Source of the DNA: Minutocellus sp. GHC0000111
Taxonomy: Eukaryota
Direction of reading: 5' to 3'
DNA length: 64,000 bases
Assembly: GCA_977018835.1 (NCBI GenBank)
Contig: OZ361260.1
Coordinates: forward strand, 3,844,001-3,908,000
A program made the position numbers and the translations under genes. The notes beneath the pieces are model-generated. The model had not been told where the DNA came from. It was given only the letters and a program-made list of their open reading frames with translations, and ran no database searches. Within the stretch, counting starts at the first letter, position 1. The number at the start of each line of letters is the position of its first letter. This document shows positions 48,242-59,698 of the stretch, in pieces.

Positions 48242-49142
48242 GGAATCTCAAATTTTCGGCAGCAGGCGAGGAAGAAGTCGACAGAGGATATATTATCAGG
48301 CCGAAGATGCCGACATCAATAGAGAGACTACCAGAGGGAGCGCAAACGCAGAAGGGTTATGGGCGGATAATTGTCGGTCGGCAGAACTCGGAAGACGAAG
48401 GGCCAAGAACGCCGAGCCTCGCCGATGACGGTATCGGGATTGAGTTCGCCACTGGCAACTTAGGGCAGAGGACGGCTTTCGTATCTGCTGCTCTTGTGAA
48501 GAATAGGCGGCAGTCTTGTGTGTTGGATGCGCGAGTGTCGACAGCTTATTCGAAGAGACTTGAGAGAAGCACACGAAAGAGGAGGAGCATGGTGGCCGCT
48601 CGTGTTGTTTTGCTAACTTCGGGTGAGTAGGTTTGTGCACCTAGGTAAGGCTTTGTCCCGTTTTTCGTGTGTTCTTGTTTCTCCAATTTGCCTTTTTCGT
48701 GTGTGGCGTGCGTCAGCTGGCTGCGACACGTTGTGTGCTGGCGGCCTCTGCTCGAACGGCCTCGTCAATTTTTCGGGATTTCTTCCGGTTGCATGACGCG
48801 CTGCTGGCGATGTGATCATCGATCACACATTGGACCTTAGGAAAGGCTCGTTGTGATCCGAAATTTGCCAAATTGCGACGCGAAACTGACATTTTGATCA
48901 CTTTGTTGAGGCCTGATGATTGTGACGATGAGGTGATCACCTGCCCCACAGCCAGCACACCAGCACACACAAGGCTTGCTAGCCTACTTGTCTTTAGCTT
49001 CACTGATTTATGCTTGATGCATATTGCACTCAGCAGCTCAGCAGACAGCCCACACATTCTTCCCAATCAGCATCATCCCGCTCTTCAGTCCATCACCAGC
49101 CTACTCTTACTTTCGATGCCACCCCATCAAACAATCAACACC

Positions 49143-49952
49143 ATGGACGACTCGACGATGACCAACTCCACCGGATCAAATCTTCTGGTTGACTGGAACT
49201 TCCATCCGCCAACCGGTACTTTGGCACCAATCAATGAGAGGGACACCCAAGGGAAAACCGGACATGCACAAGCAGCAAATGCACGGCAAGAAAAGGACAT
49301 GCTTCCTGTGCGGGACGTCAGGAAACGAGTTGCCTTCGAGCCCAATGCATCGTACCGTGTCGTCGAGCACTACTCGGCATTCTCTCCCCGGGAGATGTCT
49401 TCCGTCTGGTACCAGGAGGCCGAATTCGACGACTTTCGGAAGGACATCAAACGATCCGCCAGAGCCATGGCCAAGGGACGGCAGGAGGGCACAGAGATTG
49501 TCCGATCCCGTTCCAACCCAGAATTTGGCAGTGCTGCCGGTAGAACTCGTGTGTACTGCTACCGAGGTAAGTCTTTTTGTTACCTTCATCATCGATAAGG
49601 ATTAATCTTAAACAGCATTGGAAATGTCACCCACTCACATTAATGCTTTCGTCACCACGCTTCTCCACTCCGTGTAGGAATCGAACACTTCCAATCGGCA
49701 CAAGTCCTTCGAGCCAGGCAAAGGGAAAGCCAAAGGGTCATGGAGGCCGTCCTCACCAACCAAGGCCTACTTCCAAACCATTTGGCGAAAATATCCCGTC
49801 GAATGAGCATCGACGCTGCCCAACGAGCAATCGATGCTGGCATCAAGGACGCCGAAGAGGTTAGGGAGTACTTTTCTTCGATGTCCATTTCTGGTAGCAT
49901 AGGCCAACGATCTGACTTTGTTCGACGCGCAAGCGATTCGCTTCTTCCGTAA
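49143..49952 (+). CDS. Diatom-type hypothetical protein, 2 exons (49143-49566, 49678-49952)
   Basis: KRVAF...VWYQEAEF..F.K...CYRG|IE...AVL..Q pattern. Intron GTAAGT...GTAG keeps the frame. Confidence 0.7.
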
Positions 49953-50226
49953 CTACGCTGCGCTTTACGGAGAATATAACTCATCAATTTATTGTGCACA
50001 TATTTCTAATGATACACAACACTGACCACTGGCACATTGCAGACCGGCAAAAGACTCATTTCTACGTAGCTAGCTAGCTAGCTAGCTAGAAGTATTATAC
50101 CAAATTCGATAAACAACGTAATAATTAGAGACACAAGTCGATTCGTACGAGATAACCTTTATGCTCTTCGTAATTAATTATGGTAGAAAAAAAACAGGTG
50201 TATGACAAAAGAATACCTAAGAACTA

Positions 50227-52379
50227 TTACAATTCTACTCTCGCACTCTCCTTCATTCCCTCCATTCTCCCGCCGGCGTCCTCGTAGGCATTGTAGCTAT
50301 CTCTCAGCGACTCCTTCGGATCGTCATCGGCCATGAGCTCGGCAAGGAGCTCTGCTTCAAACTCGGCAGCTTCATTGCCAAGTCCTTCTTCGCTGAGCCA
50401 TCGCTCGGCATCAAGAGCAGCGGAGGCTCCAGATCCTGCACTTGTAATGGCTTGGCGGTAGATGGCATCACTGACGTCGCCGGCGGCAAAGATACCATCG
50501 ACGGACGTCTTGGTTGATCGTCCGAGGGTCTTGACGTAGCAAGGGTGTTGGTCGTCGAACTCGACAATGCCCTGAAGGAACGAAGTGGTAGGGGTATGGC
50601 CGATGGCAATAAAGACAGCATCTACCTTGATGGCACTCTCTTCACCAGTAGCGACGTCCTTGATGACAGCGCCAGTAACAATCTTTTGCTGAGGAGTATC
50701 GAGATCGTCTTCGGCACTATCATCTGCACTCTCGGCCTTGACGACCTCGCCGGTGATCTTCTCCAAAGTGGAATTCCAACGGATCTTGATCGATGGATGC
50801 TCAATCACTCTCTGCGCCAAAACCTTGGAGGCGCGGAACTCGTCTCGTCGGTGAATGACAGTGACAGATCGGGAAGTTCGAGCCAATACCAGAGCATCTT
50901 CCATGGCGGCATCGCCGCCACCCACGACAATGACATCACGGCCGTTGAAGGCAGCGCCGTCGCACGTGGCACAAGAGCTAACGCCGCCGCCGCGCATCTC
51001 GTACTCGCCAGGAATATTGAGCCAGTTGGATCCGGCACCGGTTGCCACAATGATGGAATGAGTCTCAATTGTCGAGGAGTTGGTAATGATCTTGAAGGGT
51101 CGGGAGGAAGCATCGATGCGATCCACGAGCTCGGCCTCGAATCGGGTACCGAATTCCACGGCCTGGGCACGCATGGCGCTGATCACTCCCGGTCCGGTTG
51201 AGTTGGCCAGACCGGGATAGTTCTCCACGTCCACACCCTTGCCCTGAAGCTGTCCACCAATTGGGGGGGCCACGACGACAGGCTCGAGTCCAGCCCGCGC
51301 AGCATAGAGAGCGGCCGCCAAACCCGCCGGCCCAGCACCAATGATGGTCACACGCTCGGGAAAGTCTCCCTTGGTCCAGGCATGGGCAAATTCGGCATCG
51401 TCATCCTCCTCCGCCTCGTATGCGGCATCCTCTTCGGCATCCTGCAGCTTCTCCAATTCCGCGAGCAATTCCTCCTTGGTGGCCAGATGGAGGTTGGGCT
51501 TGTCGGCCTTGCCACTGGCTCCACCTCCCGACTTGGCACCGCCGCTCTCCTTCTTCTTGTCCGAAGCACTTCCCGAACTGGGCATGCGATCCTCCTCGGT
51601 AAAGCGCGGCACGAGCTTGGGTCCCTGCCCATACTTCTTCTTCAATCCCCGCACCAGCTGCGTCGCGGCGGCACCGACGCACTCCTTCTTGGGATTTTCC
51701 CTCGTCATGCCAGCACACTTTCCATAAACCTTGTCGATATCCTCCGCCGACTTGGTGGCATCCTTCTCCTTGTAGTACTCTTCCAAAGTCTCGCGCTTCA
51801 GCACGACGTTCTCAATGTCCGATCGCCGGACGACCTCCTGCGTGAAGTGCCGGAGCTGCTGCTCCCCGGCGCCGCTGAATTCGTTCACCTTCTTGCCATT
51901 GTAGAAGAAGATGAAGGTCGGCATGGACCGGACGCCGTAGCGCTGGGCCAGCTCGTACGTTTTGGGGTCGTTCCTGTGTGAATTGTGGGGAGGGATCATC
52001 ATTTGAAATGAGAATGAATGACGGTGAGTACATTACCATGGTACATGTCTTTCCCACAAGAGTGTTTTCCTGCACATTACATGCCACAAAGATACGGCAG
52101 TTTTTTTTTCAAGCACAAAAGCACTCACATGTCGACCTTGGTAAACACCGCCTTGTCCTGCCCAATCTCCTTGGCCAGCTGCTTGTACACCGGCGCCATC
52201 ATCCGGCAGGGACCGCACCCATCCGAGTAAAAGTCGACAATGACGGGCAGACCGGTCTCCCCCGCGTGCTTCTTGAGCAATCGATCGAATTCGTGGGTGG
52301 AGCGAATGTGTCGCACCAAAGGCCGGGCAGACACCAGGCCTGCAAGGAGGGCTAGCAGGAGGAATGCTGGGCGGAGCAT
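50227..52379 (-). CDS. Thioredoxin-(linker)-NADPH thioredoxin reductase fusion with signal peptide, 2 exons (52379-52129, 51973-50227)
   Basis: MLRPAFLLLALLAGLVSA signal peptide. Trx domain: VDFYSDGCGPC...MPTF. Low-Mr TrxR domain: IIGAGPAG, VENYPG, SSCATCDG, GGGDAAMEDA, HRRDEFRAS, FAAGDV, YRQAITSAGSG. Ends RVEL. Confidence 0.92.
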
Positions 52380-52718
52380 TGCTGATGTAAGTGAGGAGGA
52401 CGACGAGGCAGGCAATAGACAACCACACAAACGGTCCGAACAAGAATGACGACGAAAGCGCGCCTCGCCTTCCAGGTGGAGGAATTTGCCCGGTGCGCTG
52501 TTTGACTTGATCGACGGAACTCGAGAGAAAAATATGTTCTGTTCGTCGACCGTTCTTCCAACCTTGCCCTACCATGAGATCAAAACTGTGATTTCCGCCG
52601 CTCTTTGCTGGCCGCTAGCGCACCGATATCTGTATTCTTCTTTCTTGCAAGTAGTGGTTGGATATCCCCTTGGCTCCTGATTGTTCTCGAATTTTGCACC
52701 AATAATATTGACTCATAA

Positions 52719-53206
52719 ATGGTCGTAAGGTGAGAAAGAGTTTTGATTGACGCCTCTGCAACGGGCAAAGGAGGAGGCCAGCAGGCCCTTCGTCTTCGAC
52801 TGTCCGTGTCCTCCTGTTTGCAGCCTTTCCTTTCCAATGCCATTGCCGCAATTTGACCTCACAATATTAATCGTTGTCTCAAAACCCATCTCGCAGACTC
52901 CGATTACAACGGTTCGGCCGGACGCACGCCCCGTTCTACCGGATGGTGGCGGCCGACAACCTGGCACCGCGCGACGGCAGGTTCCTGGAGATCGTTGGCA
53001 CGTACAACCCCATCGCCAACAGTGCCGGCATCAAGGAGATCCGTCTCAAGACCGACCGGTTGCGGTATTGGCTGAGCGTCGGTGCCCAGCCCAGCGATCG
53101 GGTGGCATGGATATTGGGCAAGTTCGGCGTCCTCCCCCCGCCTCCGCCGCGGTACAGCGTGGAGAAGATGGTGCCCAGAAAGGATCGGGAGGGTGAATCG
53201 GACTAA
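52719..53206 (+). CDS. rps16: Ribosomal protein bS16 (probably mitochondrial), 2 exons (52719-52729, 52897-53206)
   Basis: MVVR|LRLQRFGR..PFYRMVAAD..APRDGRFLEIVGTYNP...YWLSVGAQPSDRV. The 11-nt first exon is ATGGTCGTAAG|GTGAGA. Confidence 0.93.
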
Positions 53207-53514
53207 AGATAAAAAACTAGCTACTAGAGGCTGTGTAGGTTTGCACTGAACTTGAGCTAGCGCATTTGTATTATATATCTAAAACCCCTATTTGTTGCAA
53301 GTTGATTTCAGGAGCGACCCGACACACAGGAAAACAAGCGAGAAGACAAGTCTTCCTTTAAACTTCTGGGTATGAGTTGAATCCTCGAAGGATACCTACA
53401 TAACCATTGATTGAAAACATGGAATTTTGTAGTAGCGAGCGGAGGAATTATTGTGTTATCATATCCTACTACGTACGTAGCTACGTAGAAGGTCTCCTTG
53501 CTGAGTAGTCGATG

Positions 53515-54234
53515 CTATTCCTCGTCGCTGATCGTTCCGAGGACTTCCTCATCGCCCTCTTCGACATCTTCTTCACCCTCCCCTTGCTGAGCAGCGTCGT
53601 CCTCTTCAATCGCTTCCTCGTCTTGATTGACATCTCGACCAGCATACGTTCCAATGAGCTGCAGCAGTTCCTCCTGCCGTTCGTCGCTCATTCGGCTGGG
53701 CAAGTCCTCAATAATGAGATGTAACTCGACCAGTTCGGAGGGCATGTGATTGAGGATCTGCAACGTCTCGCCATCAGTCAGACCGTATCCATTCCGAATC
53801 AGGTGCTCCGCACCATCGTTGCCGTTATCAGCATGGTCGGCAGTAGCTGTATCGTTGCCACCATTCTCGGACTTCATTTTCACATCGTTGCCCTTTTTGG
53901 ACGGAGGTGCGCGCAATGTCCTGACCAGCTGGGGCAACTTGGTCGAGTCAATGCCCCTGCCGCCATCACCGCCAATAGTACCACAGGAACTGTTCTGCAA
54001 ATAGTCCAACAATTTGCTCTCGATCCAATCCCTGTGACGGTGGCGCTTGGTATCGTCCACCCGTCGCTTGCGCTTGGCGCCGGATCGGCCACCGCCGTTG
54101 GTGGCGGACTCATCGGCCGCTGCGGCAGCCTCGGCGTCGTGCTTGGCCCTGGCCTCGGTCCTTGTAGCCAATATCTGCATGACCTCGGCATTCGTTACCA
54201 GAGCAGGGACGTCTCCCGACTTGAGGGTCTCCAT
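53515..54234 (-). CDS. RPC9: RNA polymerase III subunit RPC9/C17 (Rpb4 family)
   Basis: LVTNAEV, LLDYL, LTDGETLQILNHMPSELVELHLIIED..R and an acidic tail. Confidence 0.85.
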   Translation of the reverse strand: METLKSGDVPALVTNAEVMQILATRTEARAKHDAEAAAAADESATNGGGRSGAKRKRRVDDTKRHRHRDWIESKLLDYLQNSSCGTIGGDGGRGIDSTKLPQLVRTLRAPPSKKGNDVKMKSENGGNDTATADHADNGNDGAEHLIRNGYGLTDGETLQILNHMPSELVELHLIIEDLPSRMSDERQEELLQLIGTYAGRDVNQDEEAIEEDDAAQQGEGEEDVEEGDEEVLGTISDEE

Positions 54235-54765
54235 GATGCCGATCGATTTATCAAGCAAACCAAACTGATGGTTTAGTGATTTTCAGTTGTGCCGTTTTTG
54301 AGTGCGATTGGGAAAGATACGCCGCAAATATCGTTGAAAAATAAGATGAAGCGCCTATATCTACCAGCCCTCTCCCCGTCTCCTGCCGATCAAACAAAGG
54401 CGTTGCATAACGGATGGGGAGGGCCATGTGAGTTGTTGCTTGGGTCTGCTTGCGATTGCTGCATGTCTGGTTTCGAGCTTGATGACGGACGAAATAAAAT
54501 AAGACGTATCCTTTTGGGAGTGTTTTCAAAATGACGAACACAAAGCCACCGCTTCGAACCGCGTTGCTGCCGTCACCGGCGCTGCAAGAGATTCCTGGAG
54601 TAAAATCCGGCCACGTAATTGAACGCGCCTTAACCTGAGCCTTTCAAAATAGTTCAAAGTTGCTTGGATCGGCCGAAAATTGCTAAAGTTGTGTCTGCTC
54701 CAAATTCGTGGAATTTTTTTCTGCAGAGACTGCGCGAGTATTTAGCTACACGTATCTGTTTTGCC

Positions 54766-55470
54766 ATGACCACCACCGCCGCCTCTGATGAGGGCATCAC
54801 GCCCGAAGCCTCCAAACGCATATGCAAGCACATGAACGAGGATCATGCCGCCACGGTTCATGCACTCGTCACTTCCACCCTCACTGGGGCCGACGCACGA
54901 TGCAAGGTGCAAAACTGCCGGATGAAGTCGGTATCCCTCGCCGAATACACCCTCTCGTACGTGCTTTGCGATGGCGATGCCTGCTCCATGAAGAAGGCGG
55001 CCGTTCCGTTCAAACCACCCCTGGCATCGGCGGATCAAGTCCGACCTGCGCTCATTGCCGAACATCATCGTCCACTGCAACCGAAATTTAGTTGGTTGGT
55101 TACTGATCCGCTAATGAGGATGCTCTTCGGTGCCTGCATATTGCTGGGAGTCGGCACAGTTCTTGGGAAAGAAGAGCTGGCATTGCGTGTTGACAACACA
55201 CCATGGGCATCTTCTGTCGTTACAACCATCTTTGGATCATCAGAACTATTCGCCAAGCTCGTCATTGGTGCATGGTGGTTCAGCCTGGCTGCCCATGGAC
55301 TCGAGGCGGTCTACACCGCCTATCTGTGCAAGACAACGTTGAAGATGGATGCATTGACAACATTCAAGTGGTTTGTAATGAATGTGTGTACGGGTTTTCC
55401 GATTATGAATAAGATCACGGAACTAGTTGCGGTAGACAAGGCTGCTAGGGATGCCAAAAAGACGGACTGA
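54766..55470 (+). CDS. DUF2470-like domain plus TMEM254-like membrane domain protein
   Basis: RICKHMNEDH at the N-terminus; C-terminal TM helices with AHGLEA...W....TGFP. Confidence 0.7.
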   Translation: MTTTAASDEGITPEASKRICKHMNEDHAATVHALVTSTLTGADARCKVQNCRMKSVSLAEYTLSYVLCDGDACSMKKAAVPFKPPLASADQVRPALIAEHHRPLQPKFSWLVTDPLMRMLFGACILLGVGTVLGKEELALRVDNTPWASSVVTTIFGSSELFAKLVIGAWWFSLAAHGLEAVYTAYLCKTTLKMDALTTFKWFVMNVCTGFPIMNKITELVAVDKAARDAKKTD

Positions 55471-55783
55471 TGACATTGTGGATCGGGTTAGATTCATGTC
55501 ATGTGTAGATCGACGTCGGTGAGCCACGATAGATTTTTTCTCTGCATTCTATAGGGATGATAACTTTATATAAGTTTATCTTGTAATATTTAGTAATTGA
55601 TACAGGTTGGCCAACAGCATCCGTCCCTTTCCTGCTCGAAAAAATAGTATATCTCTGTGAATTGAGCAGCTCTGGGAAATAATGCTGAGTCCATTCTTCA
55701 GTTCATCTTCTTTCGAAGCTCCTGAACCTCACTGGATGAAGTGAAGTCAAATGATATAATTCCTCCAATCTCCATTTTTACTC

Positions 55784-57247
55784 TTACTCGGCCTTGGCGG
55801 CATATACTCGCTCGTCCTCACCGGCACCACCAGCAGCAACGTCATCGTCGCACCGGTCCAAGCTGCCCTTGAGATCCTCGACCAAATCGCTGTCCCGCTC
55901 CAACCCAACACTGATGTGCACCAATCCATCGGGCAGACCGCCCGCCAGCCGATCTTCACGGGGGATCATGGCATGGGTCATGCTGGCGGGATGCTCGACC
56001 AAACTTTCGACGCCGCCCAAACTGACGGCGAGGTCGACGACGCTCAGTCCCTCGCACACGTTCTTGGCCCGGCGGAGGGCCGTGTCGTTGTCCCCGTCGA
56101 CGATGAAGGCGATCATGCCGCCAAAGGTTTGGGGCATGGTGTCGGCATCGTCGGGAGAATCGCGTCCACTTCGGAAGGATCGCTTGGCCAATTCGTAATC
56201 GGGATGGGAGGGCAGACCGGGATAGAACACCTCGGACACCATGGGATGATCCTCGAGCATTTGGGCCACCTGGAGGGCGTTTTCGCCGTGTCGCTGCATT
56301 CGTATGTCAAGGGTGCGGGCACCCCTGGCCAGCAAGAAGGAGTCCATGGGGTTGAGAGGTGCCGTGATGAGCTTTTGGACCTTGGACACCTCGTGAAGGA
56401 AGGCGGCCGAACGAGACGTGACGGCACCCGCCAGCAGATCGGAATGTCCCCCGAGGTACTTGGTGGCACTTTGGATGGCCACGTCGACGCCCGCGGCATC
56501 GAGGGAACGCTGATGGTACGGAGTCGCAAAGGTACCGTCGACCATGACCCACGGTCGGCCATCGGTGGCACCGGGCTTGTGAGCGCGGGTGCCATATCGA
56601 GCATCGACGACGTTGCCCACGGCCTCGAGGTCGGTGAGACGGCAGGTGGGATTGGCGGGCGTCTCGCAATAGACCACCTTGGTATTGTCCCGGAGGGCGG
56701 CCTCGTAGTTGGAAACATCCGAAGGATCGACAAAGTCCACCTCAATGTTCCAAAAGATGGCAAACTCCTTGAGGAATTCGTGCGTGCCGCCGTAGACGCA
56801 GTAGGGGAAGACGGCATGGTCGCCGGCCTTGAGCACCGCCATGAGGGCACTGGTAATACCACTCATGCCGGAATTGAACAGCAGAGTGCCGCCCTCGGTG
56901 CCGTACTCGACGCCCTCCAGCGCGGCGATCTGCCGGGCGGCCGCCTCGTTGGTCGGGGTGCCCCACCGGCTGTAGACGTAGCCGTCCTCGTCGGCGTAGG
57001 GCTGCTCCTTCTTGGCGTGCAGACGGGCGCCGTGATCGGCATCCTTGAGCGTGAAAGTACTGCCAAAGTAGACGGGAGTGGCCAGACCGGCGTCGGCACC
57101 CGCCGAGGGCTGGTACAGATGGGCGCACTTGGTCGCGAACGAGGTGGGGTCCTTGGTCGCCAGGGCCGCCCGGGTGGTGGAGGAAAAATGACGCTTGGCG
57201 CTCGCCGAGACTACTTTGCGGGATACCGTCTGGAGGCAGGCCGACAT
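55784..57247 (-). CDS. Cys/Met metabolism PLP-dependent enzyme (cystathionine gamma-lyase/synthase or methionine gamma-lyase), mitochondrial presequence
   Basis: YSRWGTPT, SGMSGI, YGGT, ETPANPT, VDGTFATP, SATKYLGGHSD (PLP Lys) and AVSLGGVESL. Confidence 0.93.
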   Translation of the reverse strand: MSACLQTVSRKVVSASAKRHFSSTTRAALATKDPTSFATKCAHLYQPSAGADAGLATPVYFGSTFTLKDADHGARLHAKKEQPYADEDGYVYSRWGTPTNEAAARQIAALEGVEYGTEGGTLLFNSGMSGITSALMAVLKAGDHAVFPYCVYGGTHEFLKEFAIFWNIEVDFVDPSDVSNYEAALRDNTKVVYCETPANPTCRLTDLEAVGNVVDARYGTRAHKPGATDGRPWVMVDGTFATPYHQRSLDAAGVDVAIQSATKYLGGHSDLLAGAVTSRSAAFLHEVSKVQKLITAPLNPMDSFLLARGARTLDIRMQRHGENALQVAQMLEDHPMVSEVFYPGLPSHPDYELAKRSFRSGRDSPDDADTMPQTFGGMIAFIVDGDNDTALRRAKNVCEGLSVVDLAVSLGGVESLVEHPASMTHAMIPREDRLAGGLPDGLVHISVGLERDSDLVEDLKGSLDRCDDDVAAGGAGEDERVYAAKAE

Positions 57248-57872
57248 GGTGTGTTATGTGCTCGTTTTTGGAAAGTATGTGCTAAAAAGCGAGATATCGA
57301 CAATCCAAGCACCCGAAGTACGGCGGGCAGACAAGCAAGTTGTGGGCCGTTCAAATTGAAGTCAGCCAGACTGGAGGAGGCAAGTGGCGAAACGAGATGG
57401 ACGGTGGTGAGAAAGAGAGACATGAGCGAAGAAGGCGGAAATGCGTGGCAGGCGAAGGGAATGCGTGTTGAGGAGCGACCATGGGCGAAGAGTATTCGAG
57501 CACAAAGACATTTACAATTAGGAATGACGTCATTAGGAGGTTTGCGACCTTGCACCAGCTCCCAAGCAACTTTCCCATCATCCAATCCGAACGACGACAC
57601 GCGGATTTCGCGGTTTTGCAGTGGTCATCAATACTCGACGGATGCCTTCTGACCACTCTGTGCATCATTCAATCGTTCCTACGCGTTCTTCCACGTTTTA
57701 GTAGGCCCAAGCGTGCGTGTTCGACCCGTCTTTCTTCCGACGCAAACGCAGGAAGCAACGAAGTCGCTTCCATTCTTCCTTCTTCCCCGTGCCGCTTCTT
57801 GGAAATTCTTCTTTCTCACAAAACGCATGGAGAATGAAAGTATCCACATAGAGTTGACTTACTTGATCGCCC

Positions 57873-59624
57873 ATGTGTTCTTCAGTTGAACAAACGAAAG
57901 AAAGGAAGAGCCCTCTGCTCCTTTCCAACAAGCCCCTCTTGGTTGGAAGGACAAGATCGGCCGAACTAATCCAAACCGGCGTGGCTCGATTTCGCGACGG
58001 TCTACGAAGGGTCAAAACCACCGCCACCAACATCGGACTTAACAATGACACGATTCACAAAAGGACGCTACCGCCCACCCGATCATCCGAGACGGATAAG
58101 ACTCTCGCCGAAGCCTCCAAGGCGGTCTTGACCGACCTGGCCCCGGAAATGGCACGAATATCGCTCATGCGAAGTTCCATTTCACAATTCGACGCTGATG
58201 ACCTTCATCTAATCGACGATGCCTCTCAGCACAATCATCGTGCTTTGGAGCCGCTAAAAGAAGAAAACGAAGAGATCGAAGAAACTTTTGAGGAGGATTC
58301 CTTCCAAGCAAGTGACGAATCTTCACCCCGAAGTCAAAACCATGGTCGTCGGCGGTCGTCCCTACTTGCCACCACTATTGCCACTGCCGTCATCTCATCG
58401 GCCGTTGGATCCAATCGTTCTGACGGTATCAAGTCGTTTGGTTCATTTGCCGCTGCCCAGTACAAGCAGAATGTCGGCGGGCGTGTCATACCTCGTGACG
58501 AGTACATCCGACACAACATCGCCAACGACGAAGACATATCGTCTCTCCTCAGCCTTACTACCGACTACGAGCTTACTTCCAAGCATATGAAGGACTACGC
58601 CAAGAATGGGTTTGTTGTTCTGAAGAATTTCCTCAACGCATCCGATGTACAAATCCTCGAAAATATCGGTGAATACCATCTTGACCAGCTCGCCTTTCCG
58701 GACCTTCTCACTTCCTGCTCTCGCAAATTCCACGGCGAGCACTATCATTCCGTCGTTTCATGGCAGTTCTGGCAGCAACCTCGCATATCCAACATGCTTT
58801 CAACCCTCGCACTGGACGGCGAGACGCCGTATGCAATTACATCCGAGATTCTCGAGATGCGAGACGACCTACCTAATACTTCAACCGGAGGCAGTAATGC
58901 CTGCATTCCACATTGGCATTGGGATTTCCTCACCTTTCCCATGAATTACCATGAAAGCTACAAGTCCGGTACCCAAATTTGGATGGCCGGCACCGAGACT
59001 GTCAACGCTGAGACTGGCGGCGGCCTTGCCTTCATGCCCGGCTCCCACCTCTGGGCAAACAATGTTGATGAGGGCGCCAAGAAGCATCCATGCTTTGCAA
59101 TGAATTTGTTTGAAGACATGACTTCCGAGTGCAACGATCTATTGGAGTCCAGCATGGTCGCCCCCGAGCTCAACGCCGGCGATATTGTCGTCTTTTCAAG
59201 ATTCACTCTCCATCGCAGTGTAGTACGAAAAGCTGAATATCCCTTCAAGTCCGGTCGTCGTCTTGGGTATACACTACGCGTCGGTTCCGGAGCTTCTACA
59301 TTCAAAAAGGATACTCTGACATGCTTCCCTTCTCATCCAACAACACACTTTCAAGGCCAGCTTGAGGAGGGCCGACGATATGATTCCGCTCATCATAATG
59401 AAGCGATCTACCGCCCGATGGACCAAATGGATAGCGACGAATTCATCTTGGACGCCAATCGGAAGATGTCTCTCCCGACGTTCCTCATGTATAGTGCTGA
59501 GAGCACCTATCGCCAAAAGGTCAGCTACAAGCTACTCGACGGCGTTGAACACGCCCTGAATGGCGCCGTTGGATCCAAGACATTCGATCTCAAGTGTGTT
59601 GCTCGACCAACAAATGATGTATAA
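57873..59624 (+). CDS. Phytanoyl-CoA dioxygenase (PhyH)-family 2OG oxygenase with long N-terminal extension
   Basis: YAKNGFVVLKNFL, WHWD (HxD), GGLAFMPGSH, GDIVVF...LHRS and RR. Confidence 0.85.
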   Translation: MCSSVEQTKERKSPLLLSNKPLLVGRTRSAELIQTGVARFRDGLRRVKTTATNIGLNNDTIHKRTLPPTRSSETDKTLAEASKAVLTDLAPEMARISLMRSSISQFDADDLHLIDDASQHNHRALEPLKEENEEIEETFEEDSFQASDESSPRSQNHGRRRSSLLATTIATAVISSAVGSNRSDGIKSFGSFAAAQYKQNVGGRVIPRDEYIRHNIANDEDISSLLSLTTDYELTSKHMKDYAKNGFVVLKNFLNASDVQILENIGEYHLDQLAFPDLLTSCSRKFHGEHYHSVVSWQFWQQPRISNMLSTLALDGETPYAITSEILEMRDDLPNTSTGGSNACIPHWHWDFLTFPMNYHESYKSGTQIWMAGTETVNAETGGGLAFMPGSHLWANNVDEGAKKHPCFAMNLFEDMTSECNDLLESSMVAPELNAGDIVVFSRFTLHRSVVRKAEYPFKSGRRLGYTLRVGSGASTFKKDTLTCFPSHPTTHFQGQLEEGRRYDSAHHNEAIYRPMDQMDSDEFILDANRKMSLPTFLMYSAESTYRQKVSYKLLDGVEHALNGAVGSKTFDLKCVARPTNDV

Positions 59625-59698
59625 TAGGAATGTAAATATAGACTAGAGACTAAGTGGTAAATTAACTTGGTGCTATGTCAGATCAAGCTCTTCTCACC

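Noticed and set aside
48001..48630. 209-aa + strand ORF overlapping the transposase start
   Set aside because: No domain signal and partly antisense to the transposase.
55916..57652. 578-aa + strand ORF
   Set aside because: Antisense shadow of the GC-rich PLP lyase gene, with no recognisable domain.
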